Below, piece by piece: positions 14,172-27,519 of a stretch of 64,000 nucleotides of DNA. Position 1 is the stretch's first letter. Every line of letters starts with the position of its first letter. This DNA is from the human T2T-CHM13v2.0 reference genome, Homo sapiens: the NCBI RefSeq assembly GCF_009914755.1, contig NC_060937.1. One strand, 5' to 3'. The position numbers and the translations under genes were made by a program. The notes under the pieces are model-generated. The model saw only the letters and a program-made list of their open reading frames with translations, had not been told where the DNA came from and searched no databases.

Positions 14172-14670
14172 TGTTGGGAGACAGCTGGACAACGTCAAAG
14201 AAAAAAATACACCAGATAGATAAAGAAGACTTTAACACTGTTATAATAGTGGAGAGAGATGGAAGTCATCTTCCCTGAAACAAAAGGCAGGTGCTGGGTG
14301 AGGTATTGGAAATGTACTGAAAAATGCTATGGAGAGGTAAGTCAATGTGATTAGACCATCTGTATTTGCTAATTAGCACTAATCTATGTTAGGTTCCTAC
14401 TCTCTCATAGAGACTGGCAATATGGCTCCTGACTTTCAGGGTGATTACATCTCAAAAGAATGGCTCACAGGTCCTGGAGAAAGTCTTTTCTGAGTTGCAA
14501 TACTGGGAAGAGGCTAGGAGAAGATTATATCTCAAAGGGGAAGATAGATAATTTTTACAAGTTTTCTAAAGTAAATGCTCTAAGAAAAGAGAGGTCAAGA
14601 TTATAGTAACGAATAAAACTTTCTTAAGTTTAGTAAAGCTGAGAGGAACATTTAGGATGTCTTGGTTAAC
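14172..14670 (-). mobile_element. ERV1-class solo LTR (MER67-like)
   Basis: Reverse strand starts TGTTAACCAAGAC...GTTCCTCTCAGCTTTACTAAACTT and contains CTTAGAGCATTTACTTTAGAAAACTTG, as I recall for the MER67 family. Confidence 0.6.
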
Positions 14671-14885
14671 AGAAAGTTGAAGAGATAAGTAATGGATGGA
14701 TAGATGAGTAGGTTGATGAGTGGATGAACACATAATCTAGTGCAATTCTCAAGCAAACATAACTTTGTAAGGAAGAACTTTAGACAGACTATCCTCACTC
14801 TTATTTGTTACAAATACCTGTTAGTAAAAACACGTAATCTTGATGTACTTTTCTGAGAGGTCATTTTTATATCCTGTTTTCTTTC

Positions 14886-15324
14886 TTTTTTTTTTAATTT
14901 TATTTTTTATTGTACTTTAAGTTCTGGATATATGTGCAGAATGTGCAGGTTTGTTACATAGGTATACATGTGCCATGGTGGTTTGCTGCACCCATCAACC
15001 TGTCATTTAGGTATTACGCCCTACATGCATTAGGTATTTGTCCTAATGCTCTCCCTCCCCTGGCCCCCAATGAGTGAGAACATGCAGTGTTTGGTTTTCT
15101 CTTCTTGTGTTAGTTTGAGGAGAATGATGTTTTCCAGCTTCATTTATGTCCCTGCAAAGGACATGAACTCATTCTTTTTTATGAATGCATACTATTCCAT
15201 GGTGTATATGTGCCACATTTTTTTTATCCAATCTATCATTGATGGGCGTTTGGGTTGGTTACAAGTCTTTGCTCATGTGAATAGTGCTGCAGTAAACATA
15301 TGTGTGCATATGTCTTTATAGTAG
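14886..15324 (-). mobile_element. 5'-truncated L1PA 3' UTR with an internal deletion and a 16-bp TSD
   Basis: Poly-T then 'tactttaagttctgg...gtgcaggtttgttacataggtatac'. TSD tatcctgttttctttc at 14870-14885 and 15325-15340. Junction at ~15068 skips part of the 3' UTR. Confidence 0.93.
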
Positions 15325-15379
15325 TATCCTGTTTTCTTTCGTTCATTACCTGTAAAATAAAAAAAAACTTGACAATATC

Positions 15380-15986
15380 TGTGATTACTAATATTATCAA
15401 GTGCCAATCAAGTATAAACTTGATTGGATTGAAGGATGACTAGATGGCTGGTAAAGCATTGTTTCCGGGTATGTTTGTGAGGTTGTTGCCAGAGGAGAGT
15501 GACATTTGAGTCAGTGGACTGGGAGAGGAAGATCCACCCTCAACGTGGGTGGGCACTATCCAATCTGTTCCCAGCATGACTAGAACAAAGCAGGCAGAGG
15601 AAGATGGAATAACCTTGCTTGGCAAGTCTTCTTTTTTCCTTCTTTTTCCTGGGCTGGATGCTTTCTTCCACTGCTCCTGTCCTTGGACATCAGACTCCGG
15701 TTTCTTCAGCATTTGTACTCAGGGACTTGCACCACTAGCGTACTCTGGAGAGGTGGGGCTCTTGGGCCTTTGGCCACAGACTGAAACCTGCACTGTAGTC
15801 TCCCCTGGTTTTGAACCTTTCTGACTAGGACTGAGCCACTACCTGCTTCTGTCTTCCCCAGCTTGTAGATGGCCTATGGTGGGACTTTGCCTTGTAATCA
15901 TGTGAGCCAATTCTCCCAGCAAACTTCCTTCCATGTGTAGATATATCCTATTAGTTCTGTCCCTCTGGAGAACCCTGAGTAACACA
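15380..15986 (+). mobile_element. MLT2B-like ERVL solo LTR
   Basis: TG...CA termini. 'acttgattggattgaaggatg' and 'cctattagttctgtccctctggagaaccctgagtaacaca'. Near-TSD atatc/atgtc. Confidence 0.88.
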
Positions 15987-16244
15987 ATGTCAAAGAGATA
16001 TCCTGTACCATTTAGAGAACTTTCCAAAGGTTTCACCAGAATATCTACTGATGAATATCACACAATCTAGAGCAAGAATAGAAAATTTCAGTTTATTGTT
16101 GAACTTGTGATAGTATCGCTGATCCTTCATTTCTTTTTCATTTATATATTCATATTTATACATTCAATGAATATATTAAGTGACTACTATGTGACTGAAA
16201 ATGCCCTTTCTATGCTGGGACTGTAATTTACAATAGTCTCTCAC

Positions 16245-16430
16245 ATATTTCAAAATAGCTGGAAAAGAATAATTTGAAAGTTTCTCATACAGAAAAAACA
16301 AATATTTAAGATGATGGATACCAATTACACTAATTTGATCTTTACAAACTATATAGATGTATTAAATTATCACATGTACTACCAAAATACGTAAACCTAT
16401 TATGTATCAATAACAAAATAAAATAAATTT
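16245..16430 (+). mobile_element. L1MA-type 3' end inserted within an L2 relic
   Basis: 'atttcaaaatagctggaaaagaataatttgaa...gatgatggatacc...tattatgtatcaata' followed by an A-rich tail. Confidence 0.7.
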
Positions 16431-17110
16431 TACGTAACCCATGAAAATAAACAAATAATATTTTAGATACAGGAACTATGAATAAAAATGAAAGCAGTGT
16501 ATGAATATAATCATATAGAGACTAAAAATGTGCTTTTTTTGGTTTCATTTTTGATAATTTAACTTATGTGTAGTATAGTCATCTCTGAAGCATGGGAGAA
16601 TGGACAGTGAGAAATCCAGGAAACTAATAATACAATTTCCTTGAGTTGTGATTAAAGAACAAGTAGAAAGTATGTCTCAGTCAGGAAAGAAAAGCGATAG
16701 ATGAGTTAAGAAAGAACAAAGGGTGAGACACTGAGGGCTTCATAGACAATGTTATGTGTAGTTTGGGGATTATCCTTAGTTTAAGAGTATACTCTGCAGT
16801 GGGGGGGGGGGGCTTGAGCAGGGATGTGCATCAGGTAAATAGGTTATTTTATAGAAAGTCTGTGATTATTTTGACAATCTCCAACATTTTTCAGAAGTAC
16901 ATAGCTCGTAGGTATGCCTCATGAATGAAGGCTCTGCTATAATACTTAAAGTACATTTTAAACTTCTACAAATTCCAAAGCTTTCTTTCTAGTTGTTTAC
17001 AGCAGAGGTCCTCAACTGTAATATTCTGAAGGATCACAATGTTTCACTTCTGCCTAGGATGTAGAAAGTTGGAAAGAGTACCTCTCCCTTCTAACAAGAA
17101 AAAAAAAAAG

Positions 17111-20100
17111 TCAGCAAATGAAAAAGAATGAAAATCATAAAAAACATTCTCTCAGACCACAGTGCAATCAAATCAGAACACAGGATTAAGAAACTCACTA
17201 AAAACCGCACAACTGCATGGAAACTGAACAACCTGCTCCTGAATGACTACTGGGTAAATAATGAAATTAAGGCAGAAATAAATAAGTTCTTTGAAACCAA
17301 TGAGAACAAAGACACAACGTACCAGAATCTCTGGGACACAGCTAGAACAGTGTTTAGAGGGAAATGTATAGCACTAAATGCCCACAGGAGAAAACAGGAA
17401 AGATCTAAAATCGACACCCTAATATCACAATTAAAAGAACCAGAGAAGCAAGAGCAAACAAATTCAAAAGCTAGCAGAAGACAAGAAATAACTAAGAACA
17501 TAGCAGAACTGAAGGGGATAGAGACATGAAAAACACTTCAAAAAAAATCAGTGAATCCAGGAACTGTTTTTTTTTTTTTGAAAAGATTTAAAAAATAGAC
17601 TACTAATCAGACTAATAAAGGAGAGAGGAATCAAATAGCACAATAAAAATGGTAAATGGAATATCACCACCGATCCCACAGAAATACAAACTACCATCAG
17701 AGAATACTATAAATGCCTCTACGCAAATAAACTAGAAAATCTAGAAGAAATGGATAAATTCCTGGACACATACACTCTCCCAAGACTAAACCAGGAAGAA
17801 GTCGAATCCCTGAATAGACCAATAGCAAGTTCTGAAATTGAGGCATTAATTAACAGCCTACCCACCAAAAAAAGCCCAGGACCAGATGGATTCACAGCCA
17901 AATTTTACCAGAGGTACAAAGAGGAGATGATACCATTCCTATTAAAATTATTCCAAACAATAGAAAAAGAGGGATTCCTCCATAACTCATTTTATGAGGC
18001 CAGCATCATCCTGATACCAAAACCTGGCACAGACACAACAAAAAAAGAAAATTTTAGGCCAATATCCCTGATGAACATTGATGCAAAAATCCTCAATAAA
18101 ATACTGGCAAACCGAATCCAGCAGCACATCAAAAAGATTATCCACCATGATCAAGTCGGCTTCATCCCTGGGATGGAAGGCTGGTTCAACATATGCAAAT
18201 CAATGAACGTAATCCATCACATAAGCAGAATCAAAGACAAAAACCACATGATTCTCTCAATAGATGCAGAAAAGACCTTCAATAAAATTCAGTGCCCCTT
18301 CATGCTAAAAACTCTCAATAAGCTAGATATTGATGGAATGTATCTCAAAGTAATAAGAGCTATTTATGACAAACCCACAGCCAATATCATACTGAATGGG
18401 CAAAAACTGGAAGCATTCCCTCTGAAAAGTGGCACAAGACAGGGATGCCCTCTCTCACCACTCCTATTCAACATAGTGTTGGAAGTTCTGGCCAGGGCAA
18501 TCAGGCAGGAGAAAGAAATAAAGGGTATTCAAATAGGAAAAGAGGAAGTCAAATTGTCCCTGTTTGCAGATAACATGATTGTATATTTAGAAAACCCCAT
18601 CATCTTAGCCCAAAATCACCTTAAGCTGATAAGCAACTTCAGCAAAGTCTCAGGATACAAAATCAATGTGCAAAAATCACAAGCATTCCTATACACCAAT
18701 AATAGACAAACGGAGAGCCAAATCATGAGTGAATTCCCATTCAAAAATGCTACAGAGAGAATAAAATACCTAGGAACACAACTTACAAGGGATGTGATGG
18801 GCCTCTTCAAGAAGAACTACAAACAACTGCTCAAGGAAATAAGAGAGGACACAAATAAATGGAAAAACATTACATGCTCATGGATAGGAGGAATCAGTAT
18901 TGTGAAAATGGCCATACTGCCCAAAGTAATTTGTAGATTCAATGCTATCCCCATCAAACTACCATTGACTATCTTCACAGAATTAGAATAAACTACTTTA
19001 AAATTTCATATGGAACCAAAAAAGAGCCTGCATAGCCAAGACAATTGTAAGCAAAAAGAACAAAGCTGAAGGCATCATGCTACCTGATTTCAAACTATAC
19101 TACAAGGCTACAGTAACAAAAACAGCATGGTACTGGCACTAAAACAGATACATAGACCAATGGAGCAGAACAGAGGCATCAGAAATAATGCTGCACATCT
19201 ACAACCACCTGATCTTCTACAAACCTGACAACAACAAGCAATGGGGAAAAGATTCCCTACTTAATAAATGGTGTTGGGAAAACTGGCTAGCCATATGCAC
19301 AAAACTGAAACTGGACCCCTTCCTTACACCTTATACAAAAATTAACTCAAGATGGATTAAAGACTTAAACATAAGACCTAAAACCATAAAAACCCTAGAA
19401 GAAAACCGAGGCAATACCATTCAGGACATTGGCATGGGCAAAGACTTCATGATTAAAACACCGAAAGCAATGGTAACAAAAGCCAAAATTGAAAAATGAG
19501 ATCTAATTAAACTAAAGAGCTTCAGCACAGCAAAAGAAACTATCATGAAAGTGAACAGGCTACCTACAGAATGGGAGAAAAGTGTTGCAATCTATGCATC
19601 TGACAAAGGGCCAATATCCAGAATCTACAAAGAACATAAATTTACGAGAAAAAATTAAACAACCCCATCAAAAAGTGGGAAAAGTATATGAATAGACAGT
19701 TCTCAACAGAAGACATTTATGCAGCCAAAAAACATATGAAAAAAAGCCCATTTCCACTCGTCATTAGAGAAATGCAAATCAAAACCACAATGAGATACTA
19801 TCTCACGCCAGTTAGAATGGCGATCATTAAAAAGTCAGGAAACAACATGCTGGAGAGGATGTGGAGAAATGGGAATGCTTTTACACTGTTGGTGGGAGTA
19901 TAAATTAGTTCAACCATTGTGGAAGACAGTGTGGCGATTCCTCAAGGATCTAGAACCAGAAATATCATTTGACCCAGCAATCCCATTACTGGGTGTATAC
20001 CCAAAGGATTATATATCATTGTACTGTAAAGACACATGCACGCATATGTTTACTGCAGCACTGTTCACAATAGCAAAGACTTGGAACTAACCGAAATGCC

Positions 20101-20499
20101 CATCAGTGATAGACTGGATAAAGAAAATGTGGCACACGTACACCATGGAATACTATGCAGCCATAAAAAAAGATGAGTTCATGTCCTTTGCAGGGACATA
20201 GAAGAAGCTGGAAACCATCATTCTCAGCAAACTAACACAGGAAGAGAAAACCAAACACTGCATGTTCTCACTCATAGATGGGAGTTGAACAATGAGAACA
20301 CATGGACACAGGGAGGGGAACATCACACACTGGGGCCTGTCGGAGGGTGGGGGACTAGGGGAGCGATAGCTTTAGGAGAAATACCTAATGTAGATGACAA
20401 GTTGATGGGTGCAGCAAGCCACCATGGCACATGTACACCCATGTAACAAACCTGCACGTTCTGCACATTATCCCAGAACTTAAAGGATAATAAAAAAAA
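17111..20499 (+). mobile_element. 5'-truncated L1PA (L1PA7/8-like), ORF2 through 3' UTR and poly-A, nested in an older L1M 5' region
   Basis: Continuous L1 ORF2 homology (ORFs at 17128, 17750, 19188, 19688, 19869). 3' UTR 'gatgggtgcagcaagccaccatggcac...cccagaacttaaaggataataaaaaaaa'. Confidence 0.96.
17750..18991 (+). pseudogene. L1 ORF2p reverse-transcriptase remnant (413-aa open frame, catalytically dead)
   Basis: Z domain and RT motifs [26 protein letters not shown]. The catalytic FADD reads FADN. The frame is flanked by stops and frameshifts. Confidence 0.92.
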
Positions 20500-20535
20500 T
20501 TCATTCAGAGTCATTTTTCTTTAAAAAAAGAAGGT

Positions 20536-20870
20536 ACAAAATCATAGCTTTCCTGGAACTCATCAGTAAGATGAAGTTTTAAGGCAACCAAGTGGCCTAA
20601 ATTCTGGGAACAGGGAAGTGAAGCATCTTTTTGAGATGTGGAGTATGTAAACTATTTCACCTGTGGCAGAGTGCAGGAGAAAGGAGAGACTGCTATACAA
20701 GTGTGTAAGAATAAGTTTACTAAAACTAGATAAATATTAAAGGCCATATATGAGTTAGTGTAAGAGTATTAAACCACTGGGAGCTCAAAGTTAAGGGGAC
20801 TTTCCAAGAGCTTCTAAACTCCTTCCCACTGGCTTCCACTGGTTTCTCAAGAGAAACATGAAAGATCTGT
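20536..20870 (+). mobile_element. Continuation of the old L1M 5' region (left part at ~17041-17110)
   Basis: Resembles the 9830-10200 L1M 5' segment and resumes directly after the L1PA. Confidence 0.45.
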
Positions 20871-22589
20871 TTTCATAGGCAAATTATATATTATTATCCA
20901 TGATGCCTATATTTTATATAATAAACATGATAAAAATAAATATTGTAGTTAAAATTAGAAAATAATAAATAATAAATCATTATATTTTATCATTACATTG
21001 TAACAACATGCCAGAGATCCATTTGTTTTTGACCATATTTAAAAAATTGACTTTGTTAATATTTCTTCAAATTCCTACCAAGATAAATATCATTAGTAAC
21101 ACCCAACTATTTTATTTTTACAATCTAGATTTAATAAATATTCAATTTTAATTTATTTTATTTTTACAATCTAGTTTTAATAAATATGTTATTTTTACAA
21201 TATAGTTTAAATAAATTCTGTGGGATATGCCTCAGGCAATCTGCATAAATTCGGCATAATTATAAGTGGTAAAGAGGCCTGTAGTATATTCTTTTGATGT
21301 ATGTTTTAAAGCAATATGACCCAAAGAAATGTGAGCTCTCTGATATCCCTAATTCACCAACTTAAATAGTAATTTTAAAAGTTTCATGGGAAACAAATGA
21401 AAAATCTCACTAAATATGTTTTAAGTACTTTTTTTCAGAAATAAAAAATATTCTGCAAAATATTCTGTAGTATAAGCAGATAATGCGCCATTATCCCTAT
21501 TGTAATCAACATATTTCTTCTGCATAGTGGTACTGTGGCCATTTATACACTTGTATTTCTTAATATGTTTGTCTTTGCTTAACTTTGTCTAAGTCCATGA
21601 TTATGATTATTTTGGCAATCTCCAAAACTAGGTCACTTAATATTCCCAGATTTACTTGGCCTTTCTTAGTTTATAATTGTTGTTACATCTGGGTATGGCT
21701 GATAAATTATATCTTCACTGAACACACAAAAATCTTTCAAAAATATCTATAATAGCACACACCATACTTTAAAAAATAATTATTAGTGTATCGATATGTA
21801 CCGTAAGTCATTCTAGGGCAAGGTGTATGTTGTCAATTTTTTTATTCTCAAGATCAATGATAGTAAATGGTGGACACTCATAAACTAATGTTGAATTGTT
21901 AAAAATGTTTTATTCCTATATTTATATATGAAACTTCCTTAGGTCAAAAGTACTTTTTTTTAAGTAGCTCTCTCATTTTCTCATTAGCTAGCTCTCTCTT
22001 CAATTAAAGTTGAGCAAATTTTTAAATATTAAATATAATTTTAATTTCGACAAAATACACTTCCAAGTCCATGGTTTGTCAGATGCTTTCACATAATAAC
22101 TTATTATTGGTTCTCTACTTCCTTAACTTGTCTGTATTTTATGGGCAACATGAACCTTCTTAAGTTTCAAAGTATATGACAAAGTAGTTTCTGACTCTAT
22201 TCTCTCAATTTGTTTTCTTTCTTTTGCTCTTCCTCACAATATTTCTCTTCTATCTTTTTAGTAGTTGTAGGAGCACCTCCAAAGCTTTATTGTTATTATG
22301 TTACATTATTTTCCAAAGTTTTTAAAGAATTTAATATACAAGCTATTCTAAAGGGGAATGAAAAGAGCTAACACCTTTTGAAAAATTTCATGGTGGCAGT
22401 AACATGAATATATCATGGGATTTCAAATTTTATAGTATTAATATAAATATACACTTCAGGATGCTGAAGGACAGAGATTGAAGTACTGCGGCATTTTCTG
22501 TCTTCTCTTTATGGGACCGGAATATTAAGTGATCTAGTACATGTACATTCAGTTAAGGTGTTGTTCACAGGTACAATTCAGAAAGGTTG

Positions 22590-23560
22590 ACATAAGACAC
22601 TGGTTAAACCACATAGAAGCTGGAATAAATATAAAAGGATTGAAATCATATGAAGTGTATTCTCATCAAAATGATACAAAGTTAGACATAATAACAGAAA
22701 GGTGTTTAAGAAGTATACAGATACACAGAAATGGAAAATCAAACAGCACACATACTTCTAAATAAATAATCTGGGTAAATTAAAACCCTCATATACTGAT
22801 GACAAAATTATAAAATTGTTAACCACTTTGGAAAAGCCATGTCAGTTTATGAAATTGTTGAAAATAGAGAATGCTCTACATGAGTCAATGACTTAATTTC
22901 TAATTATATATCAAGACAAATGAAAACATATTTTCATATAAAACTTGTCATGAATGCACATAGCAGCCTTATTCATGAAAGCCAAAAAGTACAAACAATT
23001 CAAATGTCTATCAACTGATAAATGAATGAACAATATTGAATTGTATATACATTCAGATGTCTAGAAGAGAAGATTTTAAATGTTCCTGCCGCAAATAATG
23101 ATGAATGTTTGAGGTGATGGATTTGCTTATTATTCTGATGTGGTCATGTATCAAAAATCATCTTGTAGTCAATAAATATGTATATTTTTTAAGTGTTAAT
23201 TAAGAATAAAATAAAACATTAAAAAGAGGAAATACTAATCCCACATAAAAAGAGCTTGACAATCTTGTACTAAGTGAAAAGGCCAGTCACAAAAGGACCA
23301 TATATTTTGATTCCATTTACATGAAATGTCCAGTATAGGAGAATCCATAGAGAAAAAGTATGTTAGTGGGTGCCAGGGGCTCAGAGGAATACAGAAAGGT
23401 TATGAATGCAGTGGGGTCTTTCCTAAGAGCAATTAAAACATTTTAAAATTAAATAGTGGTGATATTTGCACCACTCTGTTAATATGCTAAAAACTACATA
23501 ATCATAAACTTTAAAAAATGGAGACTGTCACAGTATGTGAGTTATCAATAAAGTTATAAG
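22590..23560 (+). mobile_element. Old L1 (L1MB/MC-type) fragments with a nested L1MA-type 3' end (~23040-23225)
   Basis: 'cagccttattcatgaaagccaaaaag', 'ctaagtgaaaaggccagtcacaaaagg' and 'gtatgtgagttatcaataaag'. Nested 'gaagagaagattttaaatgttc...tgaggtgatgga'. Confidence 0.7.
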
Positions 23561-23779
23561 AAAAATAATTACAGGTAAAAAACTGTAGCTGGAAGTGTCT
23601 TTAGCAGAAGACAGAGGAAACATGGCTGTATTGGGAGTGAGCCACACTCCCGCAGCATCTGGACAAAGGTCCTTCGTTTCTGAGTGAGGCAGTAAAGACG
23701 CATGATAAAGAGCACCTACTCTCCCATCAAATAGCCCTAGTAAAAATTCCAAATTTGCTGTTTATTAGTATCATAAATT

Positions 23780-23900
23780 TTGCCTAGTTTCCTCATTTGT
23801 AAATGGGATGTATTGGATTGTTGTGAATATTAAATGAACTAGAACATGTAAAGTATTTAAGCATGGATGGCACATGATTAATGTTGGCTATTATTATTAT
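23780..23900 (+). mobile_element. MIR 3' part
   Basis: 'cctagtttcctcatttgtaaatggg...gttgtgaatattaaatga...tgtaaagtatttaagca'. Confidence 0.7.
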
Positions 23901-23939
23901 TTTAGCAGACAGGACGTGAATCAATAGAAATCACCCTCC

Positions 23940-24485
23940 AATTTGGGACACCACCTTGCATTCAGTTATGATGTCTGTTAGTCTTCATTGTTCTGTGCCA
24001 GCTTCTCAGTCTTTTCTTATTTTTCATGAACATACGTTTTGACAAGTACTGGTCAGATATTCTGTAAAATGCTCTTAATTTGGATTTTTCTGATGCTTTT
24101 CTCCTGATTAGACTAGAGTTACCTGTATCAGAGAAGATTACCACCGAAGTGAGAAGCCCTCATAACACATGATATCAAGGGGTGCATGATATAAATATGA
24201 CATTACTGATGACTTTAACTTTGATCATTTGGTTAAAGTAACGTCTGACAGGCTTCTATAGAAAATTACTATTTCCCTATGTATCCTTTATTCTCCAGAA
24301 ATGAGGCACTAAGTCCAACCCATTGAAACGCTCCACCTTGTAGAGGAAAGGGAATCTACATATATTTGAAATTCTTCTATAAGAAAAACATGTTTTCTTT
24401 TTTCCTATTTATTTATAAGTGTTCATTTATTTGTATCAATATGGAATCACATATCAGTATGGATTCTATTTATTTTATATTTTAT
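23940..24485 (-). mobile_element. L1MC-type 3' end
   Basis: 'ttgcattcagttatgatgtc...tactggtcagatattctgtaaaatg...aactttgatcatttggttaaag'. Confidence 0.6.
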
Positions 24486-24489
24486 GTTT

Positions 24490-24710
24490 ATGGTGGGCAG
24501 GATAATGGCTTGCTAAATACACCCACGACTTAATTCCCAGAACCTGTGAATGTTATTTTACACAGCAAAATGGATTTTGCAGATGAGATTACAGTTAAGG
24601 ACCTTAAGATGTAACAATTATCCTAGATTATCTCTATGGAGCCATTCTTCTCATATGAGACCTTGAAAGTACGTTTTCCTGATTCTGATGAGAAGGAGAT
24701 AAGACTTGGG
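24490..24710 (+). mobile_element. MLT1 (MaLR) LTR 5' part
   Basis: 'ggtgggcaggataatggc...cccagaacctgtgaatgtta...ttttgcagatgagatta...aggaccttaagatg'. Confidence 0.8.
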
Positions 24711-24749
24711 ATGAAGGGATTCTTTTTATCCTTATAATTTTGCCTTATG

Positions 24750-25015
24750 TTGAATATTATGCGAATCAAATATACAGTATGTAGCTGTTTGTGTCTAGCT
24801 TCTTTCCCATAGCAAATTGTATTTAAATTCATCCATATTGTTCTGTGAATCAATAAGTCAGTCCTTTTATACCTCTGAATAGTATTTCATTGTATAGATG
24901 TACTGCTTATCCATTTACTGGTTGAAGGGCATCTTGTTTGCTTCCAGTTTGTGATGGTTATGAGTAAAGCTGCTGTATACATTCATATACAGAAATTTCT
25001 GTGAACATCAACCTT
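24750..25015 (-). mobile_element. L1M 3' region fragment
   Basis: 'attcatccatattgttctgtgaatcaataagtc...gttgaagggcatcttgtttgcttccagttt'. Confidence 0.65.
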
Positions 25016-25369
25016 TTTAATAACAAAAATTGATAGAAAATGCCATAGTTGCTGCATGAGCTATTATCTTAAACTTGGAATGTGGTGCTCTCAAAGAAAG
25101 CAAAAATATGCTTGTAATATCTAGTGACCTTCTGCCTATACATTTAATTATCAAGTCAATTTAAAAACCTAGTTTCATGTGCTATCTCATTTTATTTTCA
25201 CAGCCTCAAATAATATATTACTAACCTCACCTTGTATATGCTCCTCTTAGAGCAGTTTTTATACCATATCTCCTTGTATTTTATAAATATATACATTTGT
25301 GCATGTGTATATGTGTGAAAACTTCAACTATTATCAACAATTGTGCTTAGTGGTTTTCATGAAATTATG

Positions 25370-25936
25370 TTGCTCCCTTTAATTGTGGGTGGGACCTGTG
25401 ACTTCTTTCTAATCAACTGAATATGGTAGAAGTAAAAGTGATTAGGTTACACAATTTGTCTAAAGTGAAGGGATATCACTTCCTCCTGCGATTAAGTTAT
25501 GTTTTGAAAGACTGTGTCTTAACCAATTGAAGGTAGAAGACTTCACCTTCGCTGGCTTGAAGTAAGCTGCCTGTTGTAAAAGGGCTTATTAAGAAAAGCT
25601 CAAATGGCAAGAAACTGTGGGCAACTCCTGGTCATTGGGAGTGAGTCCAATCAACAGCCAGAAAGAAAATGGGACCTCAGTTCTACAACCCCAAGGAGGT
25701 AAATTCTACCAACAAGCTCACGGAGGTTGGAAGCAGATCTTTCCCTATTTGAGCTTCTGATGAAACCATGGTCCAAGTTCTACCTTGATTTCAGCCTTGT
25801 AATTGGACCCTGAAACAGAGGACCCAGCTAGATGAATCTTTGGCTCCTGGACCAGGGATACATTGAGACAATAAATATGTGTTCCTTTAAGCTGAAAAGT
25901 TTATGGAAATTTATTATACATCAAAGAAAACTGACA
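25370..25936 (+). mobile_element. MLT1E/F-like MaLR LTR
   Basis: 'gtgggacctgtgacttctttctaatcaac', 'cagccagaaagaaaatgggacctcag' and 'tttaagctgaaaagtttatggaaatttattatac...aaaactgac'. Confidence 0.8.
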
Positions 25937-26659
25937 TCGATTTGTTTATATAGTTTTTCCGGTTGTGTAACACACAAGTCTAGGGAATCCCATTCACACA
26001 CTCTAGCTTTATGTAATGTACCACCTGCACAATGATATGACAGTTGTTTCTTCATACATTAAATTTACTGAGAGGTAGTGTTCAAATCTTGCTCCTCTGT
26101 GTGTCCATACAAGCCTTCTTATATGATATAAATTTTTACTGAGTTGAAATGAAACAAATTACACTGGGGAAAAAAAGAAAACAGACAACCCTTTGTAAAT
26201 CTCCAGCACACTTTATATTTTTTATTAACTCTTTTATGTTAAAAGATCCTTGGAGATCATCTAGTCTATTTTTCATATTTTATAGATAAATGAAATAAAA
26301 CACAGCTTTATTCTGTGACTTGTCAAAGGACACATTTTTAGTTAATGCTACAGCTGGGCAATATTTTATGCCCAGTCTTCTGCTGGGCATATGCACCTAG
26401 TCCTCTGCTCTGCCCAGTATATTATTCTTCCAATTTTCCATCATGTGTATAATTATTATATTCTATTGATGAAAGTCAATGTAAAATACAAAATGTATTT
26501 GAAAAAGCTATAAATGTAATATTTAGTTTTTGAATAACATGATCTCAGAAGAAATATAGATATTTTGATGAGATTGTATTGACTTCAAAAATATTAATAT
26601 ATTTCATGGTTTAATGTAAAATCTTAATAGTTAATCTTTTTCTTTCAATGTATGGGAAT

Positions 26660-27375
26660 TGTGGGACAATTGTTCATGGGTTCACATGTTTTAGCACTTA
26701 TTGTGATAAAAACTACTGACTACCTTTACTATGGACTATCTTTATGAGTGTATTTGTATAGCAAACAGCTTGGAAGAAAGAGATAGTGTTTTCCTCCAGA
26801 AGGAAAATAAATAGTTAAAAAAAGAATAGGTTCCTTGGGCCAGGTGGAGTGGCCTACCTGTAATTCCAGCACTTGTGAGTCAGAGGTGGGCCAATAACAT
26901 GAGTCAAGGAGTTCAAGGCCAGCTTGGGCAACATGGTAAAACCTTGTCTCTAAGAAAAATACAAAATTAGCCAGATGATGGCATGCACCTGTAGTCCTAG
27001 CTACTTGGGAGGCTGAGGTGAGAGGATTGCTTGAGTCTGGGAGGTTGAGGCTGCAGTGAGCAAAGACCATGCCACCGCATTCTAGCCTGGGTGACAGTGG
27101 AAGACACTGTCTCAAAAAAAAAAAAAGGGGGGGGTTTCTAAAATCAGGTTTCTCTCATGTAATGCCACCTACTGAGTGTATAGGTATCACCTTATCTTCA
27201 TGACTCTTTATGAACATGTGGGCTTCAGAAACTCTAGTTATAGCTCTTTTGTGAATAATAATGTTCTTTTTGTTTTCTGAGCCAGGACTCTCCTATCTTC
27301 TGCAATTATCAATGAAATAGTGGCAAGCTAATTTATTAGGTTGCAAGTAGAGATGGTTAAAGATCCTTCACAATT
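26660..27375 (+). mobile_element. LTR40-like ERVL solo LTR interrupted by an Alu
   Basis: 'gggacaattgttcatgggt...actgactacctttactatggactatc...tttgtatagcaaacagcttggaagaaagagatagtg'. Homologous to 32621-33090. Confidence 0.7.
26838..27126 (+). mobile_element. AluJ, full length
   Basis: GGCC start, dimeric structure, J-type 'aggattgcttgag...gaggttgaggctgcagtgagc' and poly-A. Confidence 0.93.
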
Positions 27376-27519
27376 GTTGATGGTAAAATACTGTATTTTC
27401 TACATAGTACATTTTCTTATTCATTCAAAGAAATGATAAAAATGAGTAAAGGAAAAAAATTATATGGTCAAGAAAAAATATTCATTTTCTCATTTGGGGT
27501 ACTATCTTTCATCATCCAA

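Noticed and set aside
16801-16812. G12 run as a G-quadruplex element
   Set aside because: An isolated homopolymer within a decayed repeat, with no supporting context.
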